A DNA stretch of 64,000 nucleotides from NCBI GenBank assembly GCA_965261225.1, contig OZ253456.1, positions 771,617-835,616 on the forward strand. Reading direction: 5' to 3'. The position numbers were made by a program, and so were the translations under genes. Of the stretch, positions 35,287-44,641 are shown one piece after another (the first letter of the stretch is position 1; each line of letters opens with the position of its first letter). The notes below the pieces were generated by a model that did no database searches, had not been told where the DNA came from, and saw only the letters and a program-made list of their open reading frames with translations. The DNA is from Dehalococcoidia bacterium (GTDB lineage Bacteria; Chloroflexota; Dehalococcoidia; Bin125).

Positions 35287-36759
35287 CTACGCCTGAGCCG
35301 CGCTCCGACCCGCGATCCGACCAAACACACTTCCGGCCATCAGCCCAGAGCCACCCGCATAGTTGTTGTAGAACAGCCCACCGACCAATTCGCCCGCGGC
35401 GTACAACCCCGACATCGGCCGCTCTTCCGAATCCAACACCTGACCGCTGCGTGGATCGATCTTGAGTCCGCCAAACGTGAACGTGATCCCGCAGGTCACG
35501 GCATATCCCTGGTACGGCGGAGAGTCAAACGGCAGCGCCCAATTCGACTTGGGCGGGCGAATGCCGGTCGTACCGACGCCGTCGAGCTCCGACGGATTGA
35601 ACTGCTCGGCCCCGTTCTCGGGACAGGACTCGTTGTACGCATCGATCGTGTGCTCAAGCCCCTCGGGATCGACGCCCAATGCGTCAGCCAAATCGCGGAT
35701 CGTATCCGCCTGCGCCATCGTGACCTGTCGGACGTGGTACTCGTCACGCAACAGGTGCGCGGTGCGCTGATCGAAGAGTTGGAATGCCGCCCGCTCCGGC
35801 TGAGCCAGAATCGCGCGACCGTATCGCGCGTACGTGTAGTTGCGCAGGTCGGCGCCTTCATCGACGAAACGTTGACCGTCGATGTTGACGACCAATCCAT
35901 ACGGATACGAATGCTTCTGATAGAGGTCGGCGACAATCCGATTGCCCGTCGGCGGAGCATTGAGGTCCCATGCGACCGCATGCGCACCCGACCAGTTGCC
36001 GAACGGCTGCGCTCCGGCATCAATCGCCGCTCGGATCGCATCGCCGGTATTGAACCGCGTCCCGCGCACCTTGGCCATATCCCAGCCCGGACCGAGATAG
36101 CGCGTCCGCATCTCAGTGTTGGCTTCAAAGCCACCCGCCGCCAACACCACCGCGTCCGCCTCGACTTCCTCAACGGTGTCATCCGTCCACAGCTCAACGC
36201 CTGCAATCCGACGACCGTCGCGCAGCAGATTCACCACCTTGCAGCCGTAACGCACATTCACGCCAGCCCGCTTTGCTGCATCAAACTCCTGGTCCGACAA
36301 GCCCTTGCCGGCGCCCACCGCCTCGACCGTGAGCCCGCCGTAGAAAACCAACTTCCCGTCCACCTCATTCGCCTGCCGGCCCGTCATCAAGGCGAATCGC
36401 ACACCCTGATCGTGCAGCCACTCCATCGTCGGCTCGGCCTCGCGGACGAGCGCTGAAGCCATACCGTCGTCGATCAATCCATCCGTCACACGCGCCAGGT
36501 CCGAGCGAAACTTCGCGGTCGGATAGGTCCCCACATCAACTCGATCAATCTCAGCCTCGCTCAGGTCGGGGATGATCCGCAGGATGTCGTCGATGCCGTT
36601 GTAAGGGAAGCGAAAGCCGCCGCCGGTGAAGTATGTATTGCCTCCGCGCTCGCCCTCCGGCGCCTTCTCCAACACCGTCACATCCGCCCCGGACTCCCTT
36701 GCCGACAACGCTGCGCACAACGCCGCGTTCCCCGCTCCCACGACAATGACATGGGTCAC
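35287..36759 (-). CDS. FAD-dependent oxidoreductase (fumarate reductase flavoprotein/TcuA-like)
   Basis: 490 aa with N-terminal dinucleotide fold MTHVIVVGAGNAALCAALSARESGADVTVLEK and C-terminal ..GLYAAGELVGGLFYNNYAGGSGL.. Confidence 0.8.
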   Translation of the reverse strand: MTHVIVVGAGNAALCAALSARESGADVTVLEKAPEGERGGNTYFTGGGFRFPYNGIDDILRIIPDLSEAEIDRVDVGTYPTAKFRSDLARVTDGLIDDGMASALVREAEPTMEWLHDQGVRFALMTGRQANEVDGKLVFYGGLTVEAVGAGKGLSDQEFDAAKRAGVNVRYGCKVVNLLRDGRRIAGVELWTDDTVEEVEADAVVLAAGGFEANTEMRTRYLGPGWDMAKVRGTRFNTGDAIRAAIDAGAQPFGNWSGAHAVAWDLNAPPTGNRIVADLYQKHSYPYGLVVNIDGQRFVDEGADLRNYTYARYGRAILAQPERAAFQLFDQRTAHLLRDEYHVRQVTMAQADTIRDLADALGVDPEGLEHTIDAYNESCPENGAEQFNPSELDGVGTTGIRPPKSNWALPFDSPPYQGYAVTCGITFTFGGLKIDPRSGQVLDSEERPMSGLYAAGELVGGLFYNNYAGGSGLMAGSVFGRIAGRSAAQA

Positions 36760-38438
36760 TTTGACTCCCTCTTTACCTGGCTCGTTCCGACTGGTTGTTG
36801 CTCACGGAGGCCATTGAGTCCGTTGTCTCTGCGCATGTCCTTACGCAGTCCATTCTCACTATGCGACACCGACTTCTGTCCTCGGAACAACGGCACCATC
36901 AGAGAAATCTCGAACTCTATTGCCTCGCGAACGACCTGCACACCCTCCGCAGCCTTCACCGCCGCCTTGCGCACGCCGCGCTGGCCGCCGACCATTGAGA
37001 ACAGAATCGCCGGCGCGGTGGTGAACGCGGCGACCAACAGCGCTGTTCGGAAACCATCAACGACCAGTTCAGGAGCGCCAACCGTCTCTCCGACCGGTCC
37101 AGCGACCGAGACGAAGATCGCAACCCAGACCGCCGCGCCGATCGCGTTGCCGATCGTTCGAGCCGTCGTCTGCGCGGCCGACGCCGTTCCCAGGCGCTGG
37201 GGCGGCACGGCCGACATGATGACCGACGTATTGGGCGAACTGAACGTGGACGTGCCGATGCCCAGGAGCAACATTCTGAGGGCGAAGTCAACCGGCGAGG
37301 TATCAATCGTCGTTCGCGAGAGCAGGAAGAGCGATATGCAGACCATGATCATCCCGGCCGTGGTCAGCGGCCGCGAACCAAAACGGTCCGACAGGCGACC
37401 CGAGACCGGCGCCCACAACATCATCATCATCGGCATCGGCAGCATGACGGCGGCAACCTCGATTGGTGAGAAGCCTCGACCCGATTGCCACAACCAGGGC
37501 GTGAGATACAGGGACGCACTCATCCCCATAAACTGCAAAATCGCCGCCGATATGCCGAAACTGAAGCCCCGTCCCTTGAACAATCCCAGGTCAACAATGG
37601 GCGAGGAGGCTCGGCGCTCGACGACGATGAATCCGACCAGGAACGATGCGCTCAGGGCAAACATCGTGACCATGAGCGGCGATGTCCAACCAAGACTTCC
37701 GCCACGGTTGATCCCGAATGTCAGAAAGCCCAGCATCCCAAAGAGCAAGAGCGCGCCGGGAATGTCGAGGCCCTTGGGCCGGTTATCAGGCGAGCCGTCA
37801 ACCAGCAGACGCCAGGCGAGGAATGTGCCAACCACGCTGAACGGTACGCGCGTCCAGAAGATGGCGCGCCAGTCGATCAGATCGAGCAAGACGCCGCCGA
37901 GCGCCGGTCCGGCCATTGCGCCGGCGCCGACCGTCGAGACCATCAGTCCCAGCCCGGTCCCCCGCTTCGAGGGTGGAAACGCCGCGGTGATGATTGCCGC
38001 GCCGTTCGCCATCGTCATTGCGGAACCGACCGCCTGCAGGATCCGAGTGCTGATCAGTTCTTCCAGCGAACCGGCAAGCGCGGACAACCCCGTGGCAACT
38101 GTGAGTACCACAAAGCCGACCACATACAGCCTCTTGCGGCCGTAGATGTCGCCGATGCGACCCATCGTCAAGGACAGGCCGGTGCTGACGACGATGAACG
38201 AGAGCGCCACCCAGACCACGTCGTCCGCCGGCCGGCCGAACTCGTTGCTCAGCGTCGGCAGGGCGATGTTCGTGATCGAGTTGTCGACCACGCCGAGGAA
38301 CGTGCCCACACAGACAACGATCGCCGCCACCCAGTAGTACGGGATCGGCCCGAGCGACGGCCCGGTCACCATCGGACGATCATCGTCCAGCTGGTGGCCG
38401 ACGGCGCTGCGCGGAGCTGAGCCATTCCTCTGCGACAT
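36756..38438 (-). CDS. MFS transporter, DHA2 (EmrB/QacA)-like
   Basis: 560 aa with many TM segments: ..DNSITNIALPTLSNEFG.., ..GRIGDIYGRKRLY.., ..ILQAVGSAM.. The stop overlaps the ATG of the oxidoreductase gene. Confidence 0.85.
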   Translation of the reverse strand: MSQRNGSAPRSAVGHQLDDDRPMVTGPSLGPIPYYWVAAIVVCVGTFLGVVDNSITNIALPTLSNEFGRPADDVVWVALSFIVVSTGLSLTMGRIGDIYGRKRLYVVGFVVLTVATGLSALAGSLEELISTRILQAVGSAMTMANGAAIITAAFPPSKRGTGLGLMVSTVGAGAMAGPALGGVLLDLIDWRAIFWTRVPFSVVGTFLAWRLLVDGSPDNRPKGLDIPGALLLFGMLGFLTFGINRGGSLGWTSPLMVTMFALSASFLVGFIVVERRASSPIVDLGLFKGRGFSFGISAAILQFMGMSASLYLTPWLWQSGRGFSPIEVAAVMLPMPMMMMLWAPVSGRLSDRFGSRPLTTAGMIMVCISLFLLSRTTIDTSPVDFALRMLLLGIGTSTFSSPNTSVIMSAVPPQRLGTASAAQTTARTIGNAIGAAVWVAIFVSVAGPVGETVGAPELVVDGFRTALLVAAFTTAPAILFSMVGGQRGVRKAAVKAAEGVQVVREAIEFEISLMVPLFRGQKSVSHSENGLRKDMRRDNGLNGLREQQPVGTSQVKRESK

Positions 38439-38569
38439 TGCCGCCTCTTCAGAGGCCCGTCCGGAATCGGACCAGACGCGCCGCAGATGTCAGTTTAGAT
38501 GGTCAGTTCGGATAGACGAACTAACAGCGCAGCGCTTCAGATAACCCCTCACGACCACCTCTTCGTTCC

Positions 38570-38790
38570 GTCACTCCCACTCCCTTTCCGTCATTCCCGC
38601 TGCCCTTCCGTCATTCCCGCGGAGGCGGGAACCACGATCCTCGACCGGTTGGAAGAAATGAAAACCGACGCCGTCGCACGGACTGCCCGCACGGGACGAT
38701 CGGGGGACGGCAACAGTTTGAGGTGCTTGCGCAGTTGGGTGCTTCGTGGTTCCCGCCTCCGCGGGAATGACGGAGGGGGTCGGGAGTGAC
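38570..38790. repeat. MITE-like element with about 45-bp terminal inverted repeats (family E, gtcattcccgcggaggcgggaacc core)
   Basis: gtcactccc...ccgtcattcccgcggaggcgggaaccacg ... cgtggttcccgcctccgcgggaatgacgg...gggagtgac. Confidence 0.75.
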
Positions 38791-38825
38791 AGATATTCAG
38801 TTATCCAGCGCTCTAGACTCAGCCC

Positions 38826-39878
38826 ATGACCACAAAGACACACATACTTTCCGACGAACTGTCCGCCATCGACTGGTGCTACGAACAGGGTTGGACCGAC
38901 GGACTGCCCGTCGTTCCTCCGGCGCGCGAGCGGGTCGAGCGATTCCTGATGGCCGCCGGCCGTCCGCCTGAGGAGATCGTGGCCCGACATCCCGCCACCG
39001 GACGTGAGTGCAGCGTGCAATCGGCAGCGGTCAACGCCGTCATGTCAGGCTGCTTGCCGCAGTACTTCCCGACCGTGCTGGCCGCGCTCGAAGGTCTCAA
39101 TGAAGACGCCTACAACTTCCACGGCTCGACCGCCAGCACCGGCGGATCCGCTCCCGTGGTTATCATCTCCGGCGACATCCGCGATGAAATCGGGATGAAC
39201 GCCAGCGTCAATGTGTTTGGTCCAGGTAACCGCGCCAACGCCACCATTGGCCGTGCGATTCGCCTGGTGATCATGAACATCTTCCAGATGATCCCCGGCA
39301 TCTCCGACCGCTCGACCACCGGCTGGCCCGGCAAGTACGGCTGCTGCATCGCCGAGAACATCCTCAATAGCCCCTGGGAACCGCTGCACGAATCGCTCGG
39401 CTTTCCGGCCGAGGTGTCGACCGCCACGGTTTTTGCCGCGTCCGGTTTCTACAACATCGAGAATCACTACACCAGCGACCCTGAGCTGCTGCTCAACACC
39501 TTCGCCGACTCCATGGCATCGCTGGGGGCGCTGACGGATGGGCAATCGCTGGTCGTGATGTCGCCTGAGCACGCGCAGATTGCGGCGTCGGGCGGGATGA
39601 CCAAGCAGGACGTTCAGGCGTACCTGCTCGAGCACGCCGCCCGCGCTCCCGAGGACCTGCTGAGCACGGGCAAGTGGCCGTCGGGTCAGCCACAGGATGG
39701 ACTCGCCGAGGGCGACCGCGGCAACGGCCTGTTCCACCGCGGACGCAGTCCTGACGACATCCTGCTCGTCGTCGCCGGCGGCGAGGCCGGCGGACACTCC
39801 GCCTTCCTGCCCTCGTGGAGCCGTGGTCGTAACTCGATTTATCAAACCAAAGCAATCGGCGTCTGCCTGGACTGCTAA
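38826..39878 (+). CDS. Conserved hypothetical protein, partner of the UGSC selenoprotein
   Basis: 350 aa: ..WCYEQGWTDGLPVVPPARERVERFL.., ..GPGNRANATIGRAIRLV.. No function is known to me. Confidence 0.7.
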   Translation: MTTKTHILSDELSAIDWCYEQGWTDGLPVVPPARERVERFLMAAGRPPEEIVARHPATGRECSVQSAAVNAVMSGCLPQYFPTVLAALEGLNEDAYNFHGSTASTGGSAPVVIISGDIRDEIGMNASVNVFGPGNRANATIGRAIRLVIMNIFQMIPGISDRSTTGWPGKYGCCIAENILNSPWEPLHESLGFPAEVSTATVFAASGFYNIENHYTSDPELLLNTFADSMASLGALTDGQSLVVMSPEHAQIAASGGMTKQDVQAYLLEHAARAPEDLLSTGKWPSGQPQDGLAEGDRGNGLFHRGRSPDDILLVVAGGEAGGHSAFLPSWSRGRNSIYQTKAIGVCLDC

Positions 39879-39910
39879 CGCAGACCGCAGCGCGTAAGAC
39901 GGAGCACATC

Positions 39911-40438
39911 ATGGCGCTAGAACTCTTCGACCCAACCGGCGAGCCGACACCGACCGGCTTCTGCTCGGCGCCGAGGCTGTCCTCGCTCGAGGGCCTGCGT
40001 ATCGGCCTCTTTTCCAACGGCAAGGTCAACGCCGACAAGCTGCTGCGCTACACCGCCGAGGTATTCGAGAAGCAGGAGCATTGCAGCATCGTGATCGACT
40101 CCGGCAAGCGCAACGCCAGCCGGATCGCCGAACCGCAGGTGTTGGAGCGGATCGCCATCGATGTCGATTTCCTGATCACCGCGGTGGGTGATTGAGGCTC
40201 CTGCTCAACGTGCAGTGTGCACGACGGCATCTCCTTCGAGCAGTACGGCAAGCCCGGCCTGGTTCTCTGTACGCACCCATTCGACCCCACCGGCCGCATG
40301 ATCGCCAAGACCCTCGGCATGCCCGATTTCAAGTACGCGCTGGTCGATCACCCAATCGGCAGCGCCGGAATCGAAGGCCTGCAAATGAGGGCGCTAGAAG
40401 CCTACGAGCAAGGCCGCCGAATCCTCCTCGGCGCGTAG
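39911..40438 (+). CDS. UGSC-motif protein, predicted selenoprotein
   Basis: ORFs 39911..40195 and 40217..40438 are in the same frame (offset 306 nt). The only interruption is TGA 40193-40195, read as ..LITAVGD-U-GSC-STCSVHDG.. GGAG precedes the ATG. Confidence 0.8.
40209..40223 (+). promoter_or_regulatory. SECIS-like hairpin downstream of UGA 40193-40195
   Basis: CGUGCA-GUG-UGCACG, a perfect 6-bp stem starting 13 nt after the UGA. Confidence 0.5.
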
Positions 40439-40446
40439 TCCCAAGA

Positions 40447-40698
40447 GCTTCCCCAAAGGGGGAGCTGTCCCGGAGAGACTGAGGGGGCCGCGCCGCAGTC
40501 CTCTGCTCGTAGTCTTTCGTTGACCGTCGCCAATTCTCCGCCCAGTCCCCGCTCCTGAAGGGTGTCTCAGAAGTCGGACTTCCCAGTCCCCGCTTCACGC
40601 GGGGACCCGTTCCCCTGGAGCCGTTATGTCGACCAGCGCAGCCGTGCGCTCTACAAACGCCGACCGAGCGGGTCCCCGCGTGAAGCGGGGACTGGAAC
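40447..40698. repeat. Repeat cluster: one family C copy plus an inverted pair of family A copies
   Basis: 40447-40494 gcttccccaaagggggagctgtcccggagagactgagggggcc; 40581-40615 tcccagtccccgcttcacgcggggaccc; 40666-40698 gagcgggtccccgcgtgaagcggggactgg. Confidence 0.8.
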
Positions 40699-40722
40699 GC
40701 CAATCGCTCACCAGCCCAGGCG

Positions 40723-41877
40723 TCACTCAGGACCGACCAACTCCCGACCAATCAGCATCCGCCGAATCTCCGACGTCCCAGCGCCAATCTCCAGCAGCTT
40801 TGCATCGCGCACATACCGCGCCACGCGGCTCTCGCTCATATACCCGTAGCCGCCGTGGATCTGCACGGCCTTGTCGGCGACCCGACTCGACATTTCAGCC
40901 GAGTAGAGAATTGCAGCAGCCGCCTCCTTGTTACTGCGAATCCCCCGTGAGGCCGCTTCCTCGACCACGTGCGCTGTCCGATAGACCAGCCAGCGCGCCG
41001 CTTCCAACTCCGTGTACATGTCGGCGAGCATCGCCTGGATTAGTTGAAAGTCGCCGATTCGCTGTCCGAACTGCCGACGGTTGCGCGCGTATTCCACTGC
41101 CACATCGAGCGCCGCCTGCGCGATGCCCAGCGGCTCGCCGGCAAGGAACGCTCGCTCGACCGAGAGGCCTTGCATCATCACCGCAGCTCCCGAGCCTTCG
41201 CCGCGCAACACGTTGGACATCGGCACAATGCAGTCTTCCAGGAGCAACTCGGCCGTCGGCGAGCCTCGATGTCCGACCTTGTCCAACACTTGTCCGACGC
41301 TGAAGCCTTCGTACCCCGACTCGACGATGAACGCCGTCAGACCACGCGAACCGGCCTCCACATCGGTCTTGGCGTAGAGCACCAGCGTGTCGGCGACCGA
41401 CCCGTTGGTAATGAACATCTTGCTGCCGTTGAGCCGGTAGACATCGCCGTCGCGCACGGCAGTGGTGCGAATACCCATCGCATCCGATCCGGCCTCCGGC
41501 TCAGTCAGAGCCAGCGCTCCAATCGCGCTGCCGTCGCACAGGCTCGGAAGATACTGTTCTTTCTGTGCTTCGCTGCCGTTCGACGCAATGTTGTTGGCGC
41601 ACAAGTTGGCATGGGCACCGTATGACAGCGCTACCGACGCACTGGCTCTGGCGATCTCTTCGGTTGCAATCACACCGGCCAACAACCCCGCGTTGGAGCC
41701 TCCATACTGTTCATCGATTGTGACACCCAACAATCCAAGATCGCCGAGCATCGGCCATAAGTGTGCGGGAAACCGATCTTCGCGATCAATATCATCTGCG
41801 ATCGGATCAATCTCTGCGCGAGCGAAATCACGTACTGTTTGCTGTATCAACCGATGCGCTTCGCTGAGTTCAATCAT
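40723..41877 (-). CDS. Acyl-CoA dehydrogenase (isovaleryl-CoA dehydrogenase-like)
   Basis: ORF 40723..41895. ..ALALTEPEAGSDAMG.., ..FITNGSVADTLVLYAKTD.., ..QIHGGYGYMSE.. The ATG at 41877 has the better GGAG spacing. Confidence 0.85.
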   Translation of the reverse strand: MIELSEAHRLIQQTVRDFARAEIDPIADDIDREDRFPAHLWPMLGDLGLLGVTIDEQYGGSNAGLLAGVIATEEIARASASVALSYGAHANLCANNIASNGSEAQKEQYLPSLCDGSAIGALALTEPEAGSDAMGIRTTAVRDGDVYRLNGSKMFITNGSVADTLVLYAKTDVEAGSRGLTAFIVESGYEGFSVGQVLDKVGHRGSPTAELLLEDCIVPMSNVLRGEGSGAAVMMQGLSVERAFLAGEPLGIAQAALDVAVEYARNRRQFGQRIGDFQLIQAMLADMYTELEAARWLVYRTAHVVEEAASRGIRSNKEAAAAILYSAEMSSRVADKAVQIHGGYGYMSESRVARYVRDAKLLEIGAGTSEIRRMLIGRELVGPE

Positions 41878-41954
41878 CGCGCTCGCTCCATCCATCGCTC
41901 ATCCAGCCGAACCTCGTCACGAGCATACATCGCCGCGGCTGCTAGACTCCCCGC

Positions 41955-42464
41955 ATGATCACGACCAACCAGCGCGCCGCACAGTTCGCCGAGGGTCTGC
42001 ACGCCGCGCAGGGCGAATATCGCCGCTGCGACTCCTGGGACGACATTTGGGCCTATGCAACGTCACTGAGCGATGAGTCACCCGCTGTCTCCCCGGCTGC
42101 GCATGAACAGTTACAACGCGGACAGCTTCCCGACAGTAACGATCCGTTACGCTCCATCGCCGACCGGCCTGTCGGAATCGCACTGGCGGAATTGGCGATC
42201 GCCGAAACGGGTTCGGTACTACTGATCGAACCGTCGCCCATCGATCGGGCCGTCTCATTGTTGACACGGCATCTGATCGTCGCCGTACAGGAGAGCGACA
42301 TCGTCGACGAACTTAGCGACGGGTTCGCCTGGCTGGCGCAGCAGCCCCGAGCCGCCGCCTATGCCACCTTCGTCACTGGTCCATCTCGCACCGCCGACAT
42401 CGAGCGCTCACTCACCATCGGAGTGCAGGGTCCGAGCCGGCTGACCGTGGCGGTGCTGCCATGA
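41955..42464 (+). CDS. lutC: LutC/YkgG-family (LUD domain) protein
   Basis: 169 aa: ..IAETGSVLLIEPS...LTRHLIVAVQESDIV.., ..FVTGPSRTADIE.. Confidence 0.7.
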   Translation: MITTNQRAAQFAEGLHAAQGEYRRCDSWDDIWAYATSLSDESPAVSPAAHEQLQRGQLPDSNDPLRSIADRPVGIALAELAIAETGSVLLIEPSPIDRAVSLLTRHLIVAVQESDIVDELSDGFAWLAQQPRAAAYATFVTGPSRTADIERSLTIGVQGPSRLTVAVLP

Positions 42465-44632
42465 GTACGAGCTTCAAGACGCGCTACAAGCTTGCGGTCA
42501 GCGATCCCGAGCTGAACCCACGACTGCTCGCCTTCCAACGTTCCTGGCGTGAGAGCCGCGATGCGCAGGTCAAACGCCTGGAGCAGCGCACCGAACGGTC
42601 GTTTGACGACCTGCGCCAGGAATTCGCAGCCGTCAAGGATTACACGCTGGAGCGCTGGGACGACCACATCGCCCAGTTTCGAGCCAATGCCCAGGCCGCC
42701 GGCGCAATCGTCGTGGAACTGAGCACCGCCGAGGACGCCGTCAACTACATCGCCGAAGTATGTAAGTCGCGCGGCATCGAACTGATCGTCAAGAGCAAGT
42801 CGATGGTCTCGGAAGAGATCGAGCTCAACCACGAGCTCGAAGCGCGTGGCATCACGGCCATCGAGACCGACCTCGGCGAATGGCTGTTGCAGCTCGCCGG
42901 CGAGCGACCCTCGCACCTGGTCATGCCCGCCATCCACCAGAAGCGGCAGTACGTGGCAGAAATCCTGGGCAAGGAACTCAACCGCGTATTCGACCCCGAC
43001 GACATCCCGGCGATGGTCGCCAGCGCTCGCGACGGCCTGCGCGGACACTACCTCTCCGCAGGCGCCGGACTGACCGGCGCCAATGCGCTGATCGCCGAGA
43101 CCGGCAGCATCATGGTCGTGACGAACGAGGGCAACATGCGTCTTGCGACGTCGCTGCCCGATGTGCATTTCGTCACCGCGGGTATCGAGAAACTGATTCC
43201 GACCTGGGCCGACGCCGAGCGCCAGCTCCAGCTCCTGCCGCGCTCCGCCACGGCGCAAACACTGAGCACCTATACCACCTGCATCACCGGAGCCCAGCCG
43301 GGCAAGGAGATGCACATCATCCTGCTCGACAACGGGCGGCGAGCCATGCGCGAGTCGGACAGCATCGCCGACGCCCTGCGCTGCATCCGCTGCGGGGCCT
43401 GCGCCAATGTCTGTCCGCCCTATCAGGTGGTCGGTGGACACACCTTCGGCCACATCTACACCGGCGCGATCGGCCTGGTCAACACCACGTTCCACCACGG
43501 CCTCGAGGAAGCGGCCGGTCCGCAGGGATTGTGCGTGTCCTGCGGTGCGTGCGAGACGGTCTGCCCGGTCGCAATCCCGCTGCCCAGGCAGATCCTCGAG
43601 ATCAGGCGTCAGGCAAATGAGGCCGGACACGCGCCTGCCTGGGAGCGCCTGGCATTGCGGCTGTGGGCCAAGCCGCGACTGTTCCACACCCTGATGGGAA
43701 TCGGCTCCCTCGCTTCAGGCGCCGCGAGGCTGCTCGGCCTGGTGCGACGCGATCACCTGCGACTCCCACTTCCCAAACGCCTGCGTTGGCGTTCGCTGCC
43801 GGCGCTGCCGCTTCGCAACGGTCAGACGCTGATCAAAAGCCGAAAACCACAGCCGCCGATTGCGGAGACTGCTGCGACGGGCAATTCGGTGGACCTGTTC
43901 GCGCAGTGCCTCGCCGATCGCATGCTGCCCACAGCTGTTGACGCCGCAGCGCGCCTGATTGAAGCCGGCGGAGCATCGGTGGAACTGCCCCAGTCGCAAC
44001 ACTGCTGCGGTCTGCCGGCATTCGACGCCGGAGACTGGAAAACCGCGCGCAAGATGGCGCGGCAAACGATCGAAGCGCTCGAAAGTAGTTCCAACGAGAT
44101 CGTCACACCGGCGCCAAGCTGCGTGATCGCGATGCAGGAGCACTGGCCCGACCTCTTCCGCGACGATCCGAACACGCTGGAGCGAGCCGCAGCGGTGAGC
44201 AGCCGGGTACACGACCTCGCCGCCTGGCTCGATGGACCCGGTCGGCTTCCCGACGGCTGCCTCACCAGTCCGAGCCAATCTGCGTGGACGGCGCACCGAT
44301 TCTGCCAGGCCTCAAATCGCGGCGATCCCTTCGCACGCATCGACCAACTTGTCGAGCGACTGACCGGTGAAACGCCGTTGCCATTGGAAGAGCCGGAGGT
44401 CTGCTGCGGCTTCGGCGGACTGACGTCGATGGCGGCGCCCGAAGTGGGCGAAGGCATACTTGATCGCAAGCTCAACTGCGTCGCCGAGAGTGGCTGCGAA
44501 ACGTTGATCACCAACAATCCCGGCTGCGCGCTGCATTTGCGAGCCGGCGCAGTGGCGCGTGGAGCGACACACGAGACCATGCACTACGCCGAGTTCCTCG
44601 CCGACCGCCTGCCCAAGAATCCAAAGCCGTGA
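42461..44632 (+). CDS. LutB-like iron-sulfur protein fused to a LutA-like CCG-domain oxidoreductase
   Basis: 723 aa. LUD domain, then two ferredoxin motifs (CIRCGACANVCP, CVSCGACETVCP), then CCG motifs (..SQHCCGLPAF.., ..EVCCGFGG..). Confidence 0.75.
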   Translation: MSTSFKTRYKLAVSDPELNPRLLAFQRSWRESRDAQVKRLEQRTERSFDDLRQEFAAVKDYTLERWDDHIAQFRANAQAAGAIVVELSTAEDAVNYIAEVCKSRGIELIVKSKSMVSEEIELNHELEARGITAIETDLGEWLLQLAGERPSHLVMPAIHQKRQYVAEILGKELNRVFDPDDIPAMVASARDGLRGHYLSAGAGLTGANALIAETGSIMVVTNEGNMRLATSLPDVHFVTAGIEKLIPTWADAERQLQLLPRSATAQTLSTYTTCITGAQPGKEMHIILLDNGRRAMRESDSIADALRCIRCGACANVCPPYQVVGGHTFGHIYTGAIGLVNTTFHHGLEEAAGPQGLCVSCGACETVCPVAIPLPRQILEIRRQANEAGHAPAWERLALRLWAKPRLFHTLMGIGSLASGAARLLGLVRRDHLRLPLPKRLRWRSLPALPLRNGQTLIKSRKPQPPIAETAATGNSVDLFAQCLADRMLPTAVDAAARLIEAGGASVELPQSQHCCGLPAFDAGDWKTARKMARQTIEALESSSNEIVTPAPSCVIAMQEHWPDLFRDDPNTLERAAAVSSRVHDLAAWLDGPGRLPDGCLTSPSQSAWTAHRFCQASNRGDPFARIDQLVERLTGETPLPLEEPEVCCGFGGLTSMAAPEVGEGILDRKLNCVAESGCETLITNNPGCALHLRAGAVARGATHETMHYAEFLADRLPKNPKP

Positions 44633-44641
44633 GGTAGCCGA

